A stretch of DNA of 18,700 bases. Source: a candidate division WOR-3 bacterium (GTDB lineage Bacteria > Hydrothermota > Tepidihabitantia > Tepidihabitantales > Tepidihabitantaceae). Location: assembly GCA_965648935.1 (NCBI GenBank), contig CBFGIY010000050.1, forward strand, positions 1-18,700. Direction: 5' to 3'. Shown piece by piece: positions 1 to 8,805 of the stretch. Made by a program: the position numbers and the translations under genes. Numbering within the stretch: position 1 is the stretch's first letter; the number at the start of each line of letters is the position of its first letter. The notes beneath the pieces are model-generated. The model was not told the origin of the DNA. It did not search any database and saw only the letters and a list, made by a program, of their open reading frames with translations.

Positions 1-1
1 C

Positions 2-1921
2 GCGACCTGCGACTACCGCGGCCTGCTCGGCGCGCGGCCGCCTGGGGTGCCGGCGTACGAAGTCGGGTTCGGCCTCGATGCGGAGACCTATGACCGTTCG
101 GCTCTGGCCTACGACGCGTGGTACGCCGATTTCGAGGGCGACGGCGGCAGCCCGGACGTTATCATGGGGCGGGTCACGGCGCGCAGCGGCGTCGAGATGG
201 CGCGGTTCGTGGACAAGGTCATCGCCTACGAGAACGAACCGGCCGGCCAGTGGGCCACGCGCTACCTGCTGCTCGCGGACGACGAGTTCTTCGGCGTGGC
301 CAACCCGAATGACCAGCGGACCTGGGACCCGATCCGGTTCGGCCACATCGGGACCTGCGAGTACCTGGCCGCGCTGCCCGATAACCTGCTGCAGCTTGTC
401 AAGGTCTATCTGACCGAGTACCCGTTCGCCGGCGTGAAGAACAAGCCGGAGGCTCACGCGGCGGTGATGCGCGAGCTGGACACGGGAGGGCTGGTACTGG
501 TGTTTGTCGGGCACGGCTCGGGTTTTGATCTCACGCATGAGAGCGTGCTGAACATCTCGCACATACCGGCGCTGGCCAATGCCGGACGGACTCCGTTCTG
601 CTATTTCGGCTCGTGCTCGGTCGGTCGGTTTGATGACACTCAGTTCGAGTGCATCGCCGAGGAGATGGTGCGCATCCCGGCGGGCGCGATAGCGACCGTC
701 GCGGCGACCAAGGCGACGACGTCTGGCTCGAATCAGGTCTTCGCCCGCAACATGCTGACCCCGCTGTTCAACCTACCCGACTCGACGATGGGCTTCGCAT
801 TCTTCCAGGCCTGGCCGACCGACCGAATCTACCATTTCTTCGGCGATCCGGCGACCGTGCTGCGCCTGCCGAGACGGTCGGGCCAGGAGCTGTCGTTTCA
901 GCCTGATACCGTGCGGCCGGGCCGCGACTGGCGCGCGCGCAGCATTGTCGAGGTGCCGGCCGGTCGGGTGGAATGGACCCTCTACGGGCCGCGGCGCACG
1001 CGGACATACCGTTCGTTCCTCGGCGAAACGGCGTATTCGCTGGGCGGGCTGGAACTGGCGCGCGGCAGCGCGTGGGTGAACAACGGCGAGGTCTCGATGG
1101 CCGGGGTATTCCCGCGCGGCGTGCCGCTTGACACCGTCTTTGTCGCGAACGGCTGGTACGCGCCGCAGCCGCGGTCGGTGCGCCTAGGGGCGCTGGTCTC
1201 GAACCGCGGTGATGCGCTGGCGGTGATGCGCGATACGCTTCGTTTCAGTGCCGAACCGTGGCCGGTATCCGACGGCGCCGGGCCGGCGGTGACGTTCTGG
1301 CACGACGGCCGGCAACTGCGCCGGGGCGACCGGGTGCCGGCCGAGCTTGACCTGGAGGTGCGCTGCGCCGACTCGTCGGGCATCGCCATTGCGCCCATCG
1401 CCGGAATCGCGCCCGAGGTCTGGGTCAACGACCGGCGGGCCGCGGTCGACGCGTCGCGCCGGCTGGTATTCGATGAGGCAAGCGCGACGCGCGGATCGTT
1501 TGTCGTGCCGGTGCGGCTGGCCGGGCCGGCAGATTCGCTTTTCGCCGCGGTGTCGGACAACCTGCTGAACCGCACGACCGCTTCGGTGACCGTCGAGCCG
1601 GTCCTATCCGACCTGCTGCGCATCGAGTCTGTCCTGGTCTGGCCCAACCCGAGCGCGGGCGCGGCGAGCTTCAGCTTCACCTTGAGCGGGCCGGCCGCGG
1701 TGCGCGTCCGCATCTACTCGCTTTCCGGCCGGCTGGTGCGGGACCTGGGCAGCCGGTTCTGCGGTTTCGGTTACAACGATATCGCCTGGGACGGCCTGGA
1801 TTCGGACGGCAACGTGCCGGCCAACGGCGTCTATCTGTTCGCTGTTGCCGCCGAGCGCGACGACGGCGCGGGCCGGCGCCAGCGCGTGGTCGCGCGCGAC
1901 CGGCTGATTGTGCACAGGTGA
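2..1921 (+). CDS. porU: C25-family (gingipain-like) cysteine peptidase, PorU-like T9SS sortase with C-terminal FlgD/Ig-like sorting domain; 5' end lies outside the window
   Basis: The frame is open from position 2 (ATCDYRG, like the GDxxxDY motif of C25 proteins). Other C25 motifs: 'MGRVTAR', 'KVIAYE', 'LLLADD'. Catalytic dyad 'FVGHG' (His 512-514) and 'FGSC' (Cys 614-616); 'FFGDP' follows. C-terminal 'VWPNP...VRIYSLSGRLVR...WDGLD..G...ANGVY' is FlgD-like. Lies directly upstream of a porV-like gene. Confidence 0.8.
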   Translation, partial: ATCDYRGLLGARPPGVPAYEVGFGLDAETYDRSALAYDAWYADFEGDGGSPDVIMGRVTARSGVEMARFVDKVIAYENEPAGQWATRYLLLADDEFFGVANPNDQRTWDPIRFGHIGTCEYLAALPDNLLQLVKVYLTEYPFAGVKNKPEAHAAVMRELDTGGLVLVFVGHGSGFDLTHESVLNISHIPALANAGRTPFCYFGSCSVGRFDDTQFECIAEEMVRIPAGAIATVAATKATTSGSNQVFARNMLTPLFNLPDSTMGFAFFQAWPTDRIYHFFGDPATVLRLPRRSGQELSFQPDTVRPGRDWRARSIVEVPAGRVEWTLYGPRRTRTYRSFLGETAYSLGGLELARGSAWVNNGEVSMAGVFPRGVPLDTVFVANGWYAPQPRSVRLGALVSNRGDALAVMRDTLRFSAEPWPVSDGAGPAVTFWHDGRQLRRGDRVPAELDLEVRCADSSGIAIAPIAGIAPEVWVNDRRAAVDASRRLVFDEASATRGSFVVPVRLAGPADSLFAAVSDNLLNRTTASVTVEPVLSDLLRIESVLVWPNPSAGAASFSFTLSGPAAVRVRIYSLSGRLVRDLGSRFCGFGYNDIAWDGLDSDGNVPANGVYLFAVAAERDDGAGRRQRVVARDRLIVHR

Positions 1922-1962
1922 ACGGCCGGCACGGCCCGCGCCGGACGGCCAGCCGCGCCGGC

Positions 1963-1990
1963 TTGACCCGCGCAAGTGACAGTCTATAAT
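1963..1990 (+). promoter_or_regulatory. sigma70-type promoter TTGACC-N16-TATAAT upstream of the porV-like gene
   Basis: TTGACC at 1963-1968 and a perfect TATAAT at 1985-1990 in otherwise GC-rich intergenic DNA. Confidence 0.75.
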
Positions 1991-2005
1991 CTACTTGTGC
2001 CAAGA

Positions 2006-2012
2006 AAGGAGG
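2006..2012 (+). promoter_or_regulatory. Shine-Dalgarno site AAGGAGG
   Basis: Ends 7 nt before the ATG at 2020. Confidence 0.8.
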
Positions 2013-2019
2013 CTTCGTA

Positions 2020-3132
2020 ATGAAGCGAAAAGCACTCTGGCTGATGCTGGCCCTGGCTGCGGGGCCGGTGTTCGCCAGCCAGAACCCGGGCGCGGTGTTC
2101 CTGATAATCTGGCCCGGTGCCCGGGCCACGGCGATGGCCGGAGCGTTCACGTCCATTGCCGATGATGCCTCCGCGATGTACTACAACCCGGGCGGAATGG
2201 CCTTCCTCGAGCGCACGCACATCACGGTGCAGCACGCCAACTGGCTTCCCGGCCTGTACGAGGGGATGTACTACGAGAACCTCGGCGTCACCCACCGCAT
2301 CCAGTCGAGCGGCACGGTCGGGTTCAACGCGATATACCTGACGACCGGCGAGACGGACGTGGTCAACGAGCGCGGCGAGTTTCTCGGCCGCTACACCACG
2401 TTCGACATCACGCCGGGAGTGTACTACGGGTATCCGGTCCTGAAGAACCTGGGCGTCGGGGTCGGGGTCAAGCTCATCTACTCGTTCCTCGTGCCGGACT
2501 GGGTCTGGACAGTGATGCCCGAGCTGGGCATCGAGCAGGGCGGCACCGGCGTGACGTGGGGGCTTGACGCGGGGGCGCTGTACAAACCGTTCCCGTTCCT
2601 CAATGTCGGCGTGTCGCTGGCCAACATCGGGCCGAACATCTCCTACACGTCGACGGGCGAGTCGGACCCGCTGCCGCGGATGCTGCGCATCGGGGCGACC
2701 TACTACCCGGTCCAGGGCAAGGTCGTCAAGGTCGGCATCACGCCCGAGGTCAACAAGCTGCTGGTCGGGATGTTCTACAACCCGGACGGCACCAAGTCGT
2801 TCTCGCGGATGCTGCAGGAGGAGCTGCGCGGCGCGTGGAAGAGCTTCGGTGTCGAGGCGGGGTTTGCCAACCTGCTGTTCGCGCGGGTCGGCTACTTCGA
2901 GGACCTCGACGGCCAGCGCGGCGGCATCACGCTCGAGAAAGAGGGCACCTCGCGCCACTACGGCATCGGCGACCTCATCTCGCGCAAGAACCTCGGCGAG
3001 TTCAAGTCGATCGGCCTGACCTTCGGCGGCGGCCTGGAGTACGCCCGGTTCAAGTTCGACATCAGCGTCGACCAGCTCATCTACGACTTCCCGACCTCCA
3101 ACTACAAGTTCTCGCTCTCATACCAGTTCTAG
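2020..3132 (+). CDS. porV: PorV/PorQ-family outer-membrane beta-barrel (T9SS shuttle-like)
   Basis: Signal peptide MKRKALWLMLALAAGPVFA. 'FLIIWPGARATAMAGAF...ADDASAMYYNPGG' is the typical PorV/FadL-like N-terminus. Also 'ANIGP.ISY....DPLP..LRIG', 'RVGYF' and a C-terminal Phe (YQF). Confidence 0.85.
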   Translation: MKRKALWLMLALAAGPVFASQNPGAVFLIIWPGARATAMAGAFTSIADDASAMYYNPGGMAFLERTHITVQHANWLPGLYEGMYYENLGVTHRIQSSGTVGFNAIYLTTGETDVVNERGEFLGRYTTFDITPGVYYGYPVLKNLGVGVGVKLIYSFLVPDWVWTVMPELGIEQGGTGVTWGLDAGALYKPFPFLNVGVSLANIGPNISYTSTGESDPLPRMLRIGATYYPVQGKVVKVGITPEVNKLLVGMFYNPDGTKSFSRMLQEELRGAWKSFGVEAGFANLLFARVGYFEDLDGQRGGITLEKEGTSRHYGIGDLISRKNLGEFKSIGLTFGGGLEYARFKFDISVDQLIYDFPTSNYKFSLSYQF

Positions 3133-3207
3133 GAATCCGGGATTTGCGATTTGCGATGCCCGATGAGCAGTCCGGGGTCGCCGGTCGCACGGTGACGGGG
3201 GCGGCGG

Positions 3208-4509
3208 TTGCCTAACCTTGCGGTCGTCGGCGTCCAGTGGGGCGACGAGGGCAAGGGCAAGGTTGTCGACTACCTCTCCGGCACGGCCGACACGGTAGTT
3301 CGCTACCAGGGAGGTCCTAACGCAGGACACACTGTTTGTTTCGGCACGAGGCAGCTGACGCTGCACCAGGTGCCTTCCGGGATGATTCATCCCCAGACTC
3401 ACAATATCATCGGGCCGGGCTGTGTTGTTGACCCGGAAACCGTCCGCGAAGACCTGAAGGCGCTGCGCCGGGCCGGGGTCAGGCCGGGCCGGCGGCTGAC
3501 GGTCGACGCGCGCGCGCATATGATCCTGCCCTACCACCGGGAACTGGACCGGCGGCGCGAGGAGCACGGCGCGCGGCAGAAAATCGGCACGACCGGCCGG
3601 GGCATCGGCCCGGCCTACGCAGACAAGGTCAACCGCACCGGCATCAGGGCGGCCGACCTGCTCGACGAGGAGTCCTTCAAGTCCAAGCTCAAGCGTAACG
3701 TCAGCGCGGCCAACTTCCTGCTGATGGAGCTGTACGACGCCGAGCCGCTCTCTTTCAAGGAGATGGCACGGGTCTGGTGGCAGAACTCGCGCTTCATCGC
3801 CGGCCTTGTCGGCAATGGCAGCGCCGAGCTTGAGGCCGCGCTCAAGCGCGGCGAGCGCGTGCTTTTCGAAGGCGCGCAGGGGACCTTCCTCGACCTGGAT
3901 TTCGGCACTTACCCTTATGTGACATCTTCTTCCAGCAGCACGGCCGGCATCGCGCCGGGCACGGGGATAAGCCCGCTCTGGCTGGAAGAGGTGGTGGGTA
4001 TTGCCAAGGCTTACACGACCCGCGTGGGCGAGGGTCCGTTCCCGACCGAGATGGCCGCTCCCGAGGCCGAACACCTGCGCCTGCTCGGCCGGGAGTTCGG
4101 CGCGACCACCGGCCGGCCCCGGCGCTGCGGCTGGTTCGACGCGCCGCTGGTGCGCGCCGCGGTGCGCTACAACGGCTGCCGGGCGCTGGTCATCACCAAG
4201 CTCGACATTCTCGACACGATGCCCGAGGTCAGGGTCTGCACCGGCTACCGGCTGGCCGGGAAGCCCGTGCGCGAGTTCGACGCCCTGCACGCGGCCGCGC
4301 TCGAGCCGGTGTACGAAACCCTGCCGGGCTGGCGCGAGCCGACCACTGCCTGCCGCGCGTGGAAAGAACTGCCCGCGCGGGCGCGGCGCTACCTCGCGCG
4401 CCTGTCCGAGCTGGCCGAGTGCCCGGTCGCGCTGGTTTCGGTGGGCAGCGAGCGCACCCAGACCGTGCCGGTCAAGCCCGGTCTCTTGAGATGGCTCAAA
4501 TCAAGCTGA
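3208..4509 (+). CDS. purA: Adenylosuccinate synthetase (TTG start)
   Basis: Signature 'QWGDEGKGK', plus 'GGPNAGHT', 'IGTTGRGIGPAYADK', 'EGAQG..LD.DFGTYPYVTSS', 'EFGATTGRPRRCGWFD' and 'TKLD'. Confidence 0.97.
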   Translation: MPNLAVVGVQWGDEGKGKVVDYLSGTADTVVRYQGGPNAGHTVCFGTRQLTLHQVPSGMIHPQTHNIIGPGCVVDPETVREDLKALRRAGVRPGRRLTVDARAHMILPYHRELDRRREEHGARQKIGTTGRGIGPAYADKVNRTGIRAADLLDEESFKSKLKRNVSAANFLLMELYDAEPLSFKEMARVWWQNSRFIAGLVGNGSAELEAALKRGERVLFEGAQGTFLDLDFGTYPYVTSSSSSTAGIAPGTGISPLWLEEVVGIAKAYTTRVGEGPFPTEMAAPEAEHLRLLGREFGATTGRPRRCGWFDAPLVRAAVRYNGCRALVITKLDILDTMPEVRVCTGYRLAGKPVREFDALHAAALEPVYETLPGWREPTTACRAWKELPARARRYLARLSELAECPVALVSVGSERTQTVPVKPGLLRWLKSS

Positions 4510-5162
4510 TGCAGAGCGTGCTGGCGAGCAACGACGCGCTCGCCGCCGCGCAACTGGCCGAGCTCGACCGCCACGGCGTGCTCGGCATCAACATCCTGGC
4601 CGGGCCGGGCGCGGGCAAGACCGCGCTGATCGAGCGCACCGCCGAGGCCCTGGCCGGCAAGTACCGCATCCACGTCATCGAGGGCGACCTCTACGGCGAC
4701 CTCGACGCCCGGCGGGTCGCGGCTCGCGGCGTGGCCTGCACCCAGGTCAACACCGAAGGCGGCTGCCACCTCGACAGCATGATGATGGCCGCGGTCTGGC
4801 CCGGGCTGGACTTCGCCGGTCTCGACCTCGTCATCATCGAGAACGTCGGCAACCTTGTCTGCCCGGCCGAGTTCCGGATGCCCGCGCACCACAACGTCAC
4901 GGTGCTGTCGACGCCCGAGGGTTCGGACAAGCCGGCCAAGTACCCGCTCGCGTTCTCGCGGTCGGATGCGGTCGTCGTCAACAAGATTGACCTCCTGCCG
5001 CACGTCGATTTCGACCTGGCCGAACTGCGCCGCGCGGTCGCCCGGCTCAAGCCGGACATGCCGGTTTTCGAGCTGTCGGCGCGCACCGGGGCCGGACTCG
5101 ACGCGTGGCTGGGCTGGCTTGAGGCCCGGCTGGCCGACAGACGCCGCACGCGCGGCGGGTGA
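4491..5162 (+). CDS. hypB: Hydrogenase nickel-incorporation GTPase HypB
   Basis: P-loop 'GPGAGKT', 'VIEGD', metal ligands in 'GGCHLD' and 'ENVGNLVCPAEF', 'EGSDKPAKYP', G4 'NKID'. The likely start is ATG 4491 (MAQIKL), overlapping the end of purA by 19 nt. Confidence 0.92.
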   Translation: MAQIKLMQSVLASNDALAAAQLAELDRHGVLGINILAGPGAGKTALIERTAEALAGKYRIHVIEGDLYGDLDARRVAARGVACTQVNTEGGCHLDSMMMAAVWPGLDFAGLDLVIIENVGNLVCPAEFRMPAHHNVTVLSTPEGSDKPAKYPLAFSRSDAVVVNKIDLLPHVDFDLAELRRAVARLKPDMPVFELSARTGAGLDAWLGWLEARLADRRRTRGG

Positions 5163-5223
5163 TGCCCGGGGGCGGTCGGCCAGCGGTCCGGGCGCGAAGC
5201 ATTCAAGTGTGAAAGGCGGGGCA

Positions 5224-6867
5224 ATGAAAGAAACCTGTGACATCGACATCGGATTTGTCAGCGAGGTCAACGGCGAGCGGGCCCTGGTCGAGCTCACCGT
5301 CGACACGACCGAACCGATCGAGGGCGACTACTACCCGGGCCAGCCCGGCACCCACGTCAAGATACCCGTGCAGGACAAGAGCATTGTCGGCATCGTTTCG
5401 AGCGTGCGGATGCACGACCCGAAACAGGTCGAGTCCAGGGACGGCTGCGCGCCCGTGGTCACGGGCCGGCGCGTGGCCGACGTGCTGCTGGCCGGAACCG
5501 TGGACGAGCGGGGCTTCGCCCGCGGCGTCGCTCTCTACCCGGTGGCCGGGCAGCGGGTGAAGATGATGCGGCCCGACGAGCTGGGCAGCGTGTTCTCGAC
5601 CTTCGCCGCGACCGGCTACTCTTTCGGGCGGCCGGCGCTGCTGCCGACCCATCGCGCCCACGTCCAGATTGACCGGCTCTTCGGCCAGCACCTGGCCGTC
5701 GTCGGAACGACCGGCTGCGGCAAGTCCTGCACGGTCGTCTCGATGCTCCAGCAGGCCGCCAAACGCTACCCCGACGCGCACATCATCGTGCTTGACCTGC
5801 ACGGCGAGTACTCGGCGGCGTTCGGCGACGAGACGCTGGTCATCGAGGCCGACAAGGTCGAGCTGCCCTACTGGCTGCTCTCGTTCGACGAGTTCGTGGA
5901 CCTCACCGTGGACCCGAGCGAGCCGACCGCGCGCAACCAGGTCACGGTCCTGCGCGACGCGATAGTGCGCGCCCGCCAGAACACGGTCATCAGCGAGAAG
6001 CTCGACTCCACGATGCAGGTCACGGTCGACTCGCCGGTGTACTACAGCCTCGAGGAGATGATCGCCCAGCTGCGCAACTGGAACATCCAGATGATCTACG
6101 ACAACAACGGCCAGCTCATTCAGGGGCCGCTGTACGGCACGTTCGACCGCTTCCTGATCCGCTTCGACACGCGGCTGGTCGACCCGCGCTACAAGTTCAT
6201 GTTCGACCCGGCGGTGTACACCGATAACCAGTCGCTGCCCCAGCTCCTGCGCGACTTCCTGTCCATCGACACGGGCAAGCGGATGACCATCATCGACCTG
6301 TCGGGCATCCCGTCCGAGACGGTCGGCATCGTGGTCGCCGTAGTGTCGCGGATGGCCTTCGAGTTCAACCTCTGGAACCCGGAGCACGACCGGTTCCCGA
6401 TACTGATGGTCTACGAGGAGGCGCACAACTACGTGCCCAACCGCGACGAGCCGCGCTACCGGTCGGCGCGCAACGCGGTCGAGCGGATAATGAAGGAGGG
6501 CCGCAAGTACGGCGTCGGCGCGGTCGTGGTGTCGCAGCGGCCCAAGGAGCTTTCCGAGACCATCCTCGCCCAGTGCAACAACTTCATCGCGATGCGGCTG
6601 ACCAATCCCGAGGACCAGGCCTACGTGCGCAAGCTGGTGCCCGACGCCTCGACCGGGCTTCTGTCGATGCTGCCGGCGCTGCGCACGGGCGAGGCGCTCA
6701 TCCTCGGCGACTCGGTGGTGATGCCGACGCGGGTGCTGGTGGACCTGCCCGACCCGAGGCCGCGCTCGGATGACGTCCAGTACGCCAGGTGGTGGACCGA
6801 CGGCATCAAGACCCGCGCGGTGGCCGGGGTGATAACGGGGTGGCGGGGCCGGCGCCGCGACTGGTAG
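5224..6867 (+). CDS. HerA/FtsK-superfamily ATPase (DUF87/DUF853, N-terminal HAS-barrel-like region)
   Basis: Walker A 'HLAVVGTTGCGKS', 'LDLHGEY', Walker B 'VYEEAHNY', HerA signature 'KEGRKYGVG..VVSQRP.EL', 'MRLTNPEDQ'. The start ATG 5224 follows AAAGGCGGG. Confidence 0.88.
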   Translation: MKETCDIDIGFVSEVNGERALVELTVDTTEPIEGDYYPGQPGTHVKIPVQDKSIVGIVSSVRMHDPKQVESRDGCAPVVTGRRVADVLLAGTVDERGFARGVALYPVAGQRVKMMRPDELGSVFSTFAATGYSFGRPALLPTHRAHVQIDRLFGQHLAVVGTTGCGKSCTVVSMLQQAAKRYPDAHIIVLDLHGEYSAAFGDETLVIEADKVELPYWLLSFDEFVDLTVDPSEPTARNQVTVLRDAIVRARQNTVISEKLDSTMQVTVDSPVYYSLEEMIAQLRNWNIQMIYDNNGQLIQGPLYGTFDRFLIRFDTRLVDPRYKFMFDPAVYTDNQSLPQLLRDFLSIDTGKRMTIIDLSGIPSETVGIVVAVVSRMAFEFNLWNPEHDRFPILMVYEEAHNYVPNRDEPRYRSARNAVERIMKEGRKYGVGAVVVSQRPKELSETILAQCNNFIAMRLTNPEDQAYVRKLVPDASTGLLSMLPALRTGEALILGDSVVMPTRVLVDLPDPRPRSDDVQYARWWTDGIKTRAVAGVITGWRGRRRDW

Positions 6868-6888
6868 CGCGGGCTCCAGCGACCGTGG

Positions 6889-6920
6889 GCCGGCCGCGAC
6901 CTGCGGCCGGCTACTCTTTC
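6889..6920. terminator. GC-rich hairpin between convergent genes (possible terminator)
   Basis: Perfect 9-bp inverted repeat GCCGGCCGC (6889-6897) / GCGGCCGGC (6903-6911) with a 5-nt loop, followed by a weak T-tract TACTCTTTC on +. Confidence 0.5.
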
Positions 6921-7735
6921 AGGCCGCTTCTCGCCTGGGACTGGATTATCTGGCGCTGGGCCACGAAGAAGAGAGCCACGAGGGGCAGAATCGCCAGCGT
7001 GGTGGCGGCCATCAGCAGCGTGTAGTTGGTGCTCTGCTCGCGCGAGAAGTAGGCGAGCCCGACCTGCAGGGGCCGGATGCGGTCCGAGTTGGTGACAATC
7101 AGCGGCCAGAAGAACGAGTTCCACGACGCGATGACGTTGAACACCGTGATGGTGACCAGCGGCGGCTTGCACAGCGGAATGACTATCCGCCAGAGCGTGC
7201 CGAAGCGCGAACAGCCGTCGATGCGCGCCGCGTCGAAGAGGTCCTGGGGCAGCTGGCGCATGTGCTGGCGCAAGAGGAAAATCGCGAAGATATTGACGAT
7301 CCAGGGCACGATCATCGCCGCGTAGGTGTCGATCCAGCCGAGGCGGAAGAGAATCGTGTAGGACGGCACGAGATAGACCGGCAGGGGAATCATCATCAGC
7401 GCGAGGAAGCCCATGAAAAGCACCTCGCGGCCGGGGAAACGCAGGCGCGCGAAAGCGTAGGCCGCGAGCACGCCGGTGAAAAGCACCCCGGACAGGCTCA
7501 GGAAAGCCACCAGCACGGTGTTGAACAGGTAGCGCCACAGCGGCACCTGGCGAAACACCTCGACGTAATTCTGCCATTGGGGAGAGGCGGGCAGCCAGGT
7601 CGGCGGGAACGCCAGCGCCTCGAGCGGGGTCTTCAGCGAGGTCGACACCATCCAGTAGAAGGGCAGGACCATCGCGACGCCGCCGAGGATGAGCAGCAGG
7701 TGAATCGGCAGGTTCTTCGCCTTGAGCCTAGCCAT
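6911..7735 (-). CDS. Carbohydrate ABC transporter permease (MalG/UgpE-like)
   Basis: 'PFYWMVSTSLKT', 'AAYAFARLRFPGR', EAA loop 'LFDAARIDGCS' and 'WNSFFWPL'. ATG 7735 overlaps the stop of the upstream gene. Confidence 0.92.
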   Translation of the reverse strand: MARLKAKNLPIHLLLILGGVAMVLPFYWMVSTSLKTPLEALAFPPTWLPASPQWQNYVEVFRQVPLWRYLFNTVLVAFLSLSGVLFTGVLAAYAFARLRFPGREVLFMGFLALMMIPLPVYLVPSYTILFRLGWIDTYAAMIVPWIVNIFAIFLLRQHMRQLPQDLFDAARIDGCSRFGTLWRIVIPLCKPPLVTITVFNVIASWNSFFWPLIVTNSDRIRPLQVGLAYFSREQSTNYTLLMAATTLAILPLVALFFVAQRQIIQSQARSGLKE

Positions 7736-8675
7736 ACTGCACACGCCTTTCCAGCAGCGTGCGCTGGAGGATGGTCAGCCCGAGGATGATGAGGAACGCG
7801 AAGAACGCGATGGCCGCGCCGTAGCCCAGCCGCCACAGCTCGAACGCGTTCTCGTAGAAGTAGTACATCACCACCTTGGTCGTGGACAGGGGGCCGCCGG
7901 CGGGCGGGCCGGTCATTATCCAGACCTGGGCAAAGGTCTCGAACGCGCTGATGCAGCTCATTATCAGCACGTAGTAGGTCGTCGGCGAAATCAGGGGCCA
8001 GGTCACGTGGCGGAACAGGGCCCAGCGGCCCGCGCCGTCGATGCGCGCCGCCTCGTAGTAGCTCTTCGGGATATTCTGCAAGCCGGCGAGGAAGATGACG
8101 ATGTTGTAGCCGATCGCCTTCCAGACGCCCATCATCACCAGCGACAGCAGGGCAATGGACGGGCCGCGCAGCACCGGGGGCAGACTGACATTCGGCCCGA
8201 CGATGAGCTGAATCAGACCGCGCGGGTCCTGCAGCCAGCGCAGTCCGCCCGCGCCGACCAGCGAAAGCAGGTAGTTGAGCAGGCCGCGGTCAGGCTGGAG
8301 AATCCAGCGCCACACCACCGACACCGCGACGATGGAGGTGACCACGGGCAGGTAGTAGATGGTGCGGTACACGCCCAGCCCGCGAATCTGCTGGTTCAGC
8401 AGCATCGCCACGAAAAGCGAGATGAACAGCACCAGCGGCACCTCGAAGACGATGTACCAGCCGGTCGTCGCGAGCGACTGCCAGAACACCGGGTCCTTCA
8501 GCACCGCGAGGTAATTGCCCAGACCGACAAACGCCCGCGCGCCGGCCATTCCCCAGTCGTACAGGCTCATCCGTACCGACAGGATGATGGGCACGACGCG
8601 GAACACGAGCAGGATGGCGATGGCGGGCAGGATGTAGAGGCAGGCGGCGATGGCTTCGCGGGTGCGCGCTTTCAT
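7728..8675 (-). CDS. Carbohydrate ABC transporter permease (MalF/UgpA-like)
   Basis: 'FVGLGNY....DPVFWQSL', 'RTIYYLPVV', 'FLAGLQNIP...YEAARIDGAG' (EAA motif) and several hydrophobic helices. Confidence 0.93.
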   Translation of the reverse strand: MKARTREAIAACLYILPAIAILLVFRVVPIILSVRMSLYDWGMAGARAFVGLGNYLAVLKDPVFWQSLATTGWYIVFEVPLVLFISLFVAMLLNQQIRGLGVYRTIYYLPVVTSIVAVSVVWRWILQPDRGLLNYLLSLVGAGGLRWLQDPRGLIQLIVGPNVSLPPVLRGPSIALLSLVMMGVWKAIGYNIVIFLAGLQNIPKSYYEAARIDGAGRWALFRHVTWPLISPTTYYVLIMSCISAFETFAQVWIMTGPPAGGPLSTTKVVMYYFYENAFELWRLGYGAAIAFFAFLIILGLTILQRTLLERRVQYG

Positions 8676-8693
8676 TGGCTTCCGGTTCGGCCG

Positions 8694-8721
8694 AGTATAG
8701 AAGTCAGGCCCGCTCAGTCAA
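8694..8721 (-). promoter_or_regulatory. sigma70-type promoter TTGACT-N16-TATACT for the ABC permease pair
   Basis: Minus strand reads TTGACT (8721-8716), a 16-nt spacer, then TATACT (8699-8694), 18 nt before the ATG at 8675. Confidence 0.7.
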
Positions 8722-8805
8722 ACCGGGCGGGACGATGTCGAACAGCCCTCACGTTTGGTCGCTAGCCGGGGCGTCGCATGCAACTGACGCCCGCTCTGGT
8801 ACTCA

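Noticed and set aside
4359..5223. Longer ORF-track starts for hypB (4359) and the HerA-like gene (4855)
   Set aside because: The extensions overlap purA or hypB and are low-complexity Arg/Ala/Ser-rich. Recognisable protein begins at 4491 and 5224.
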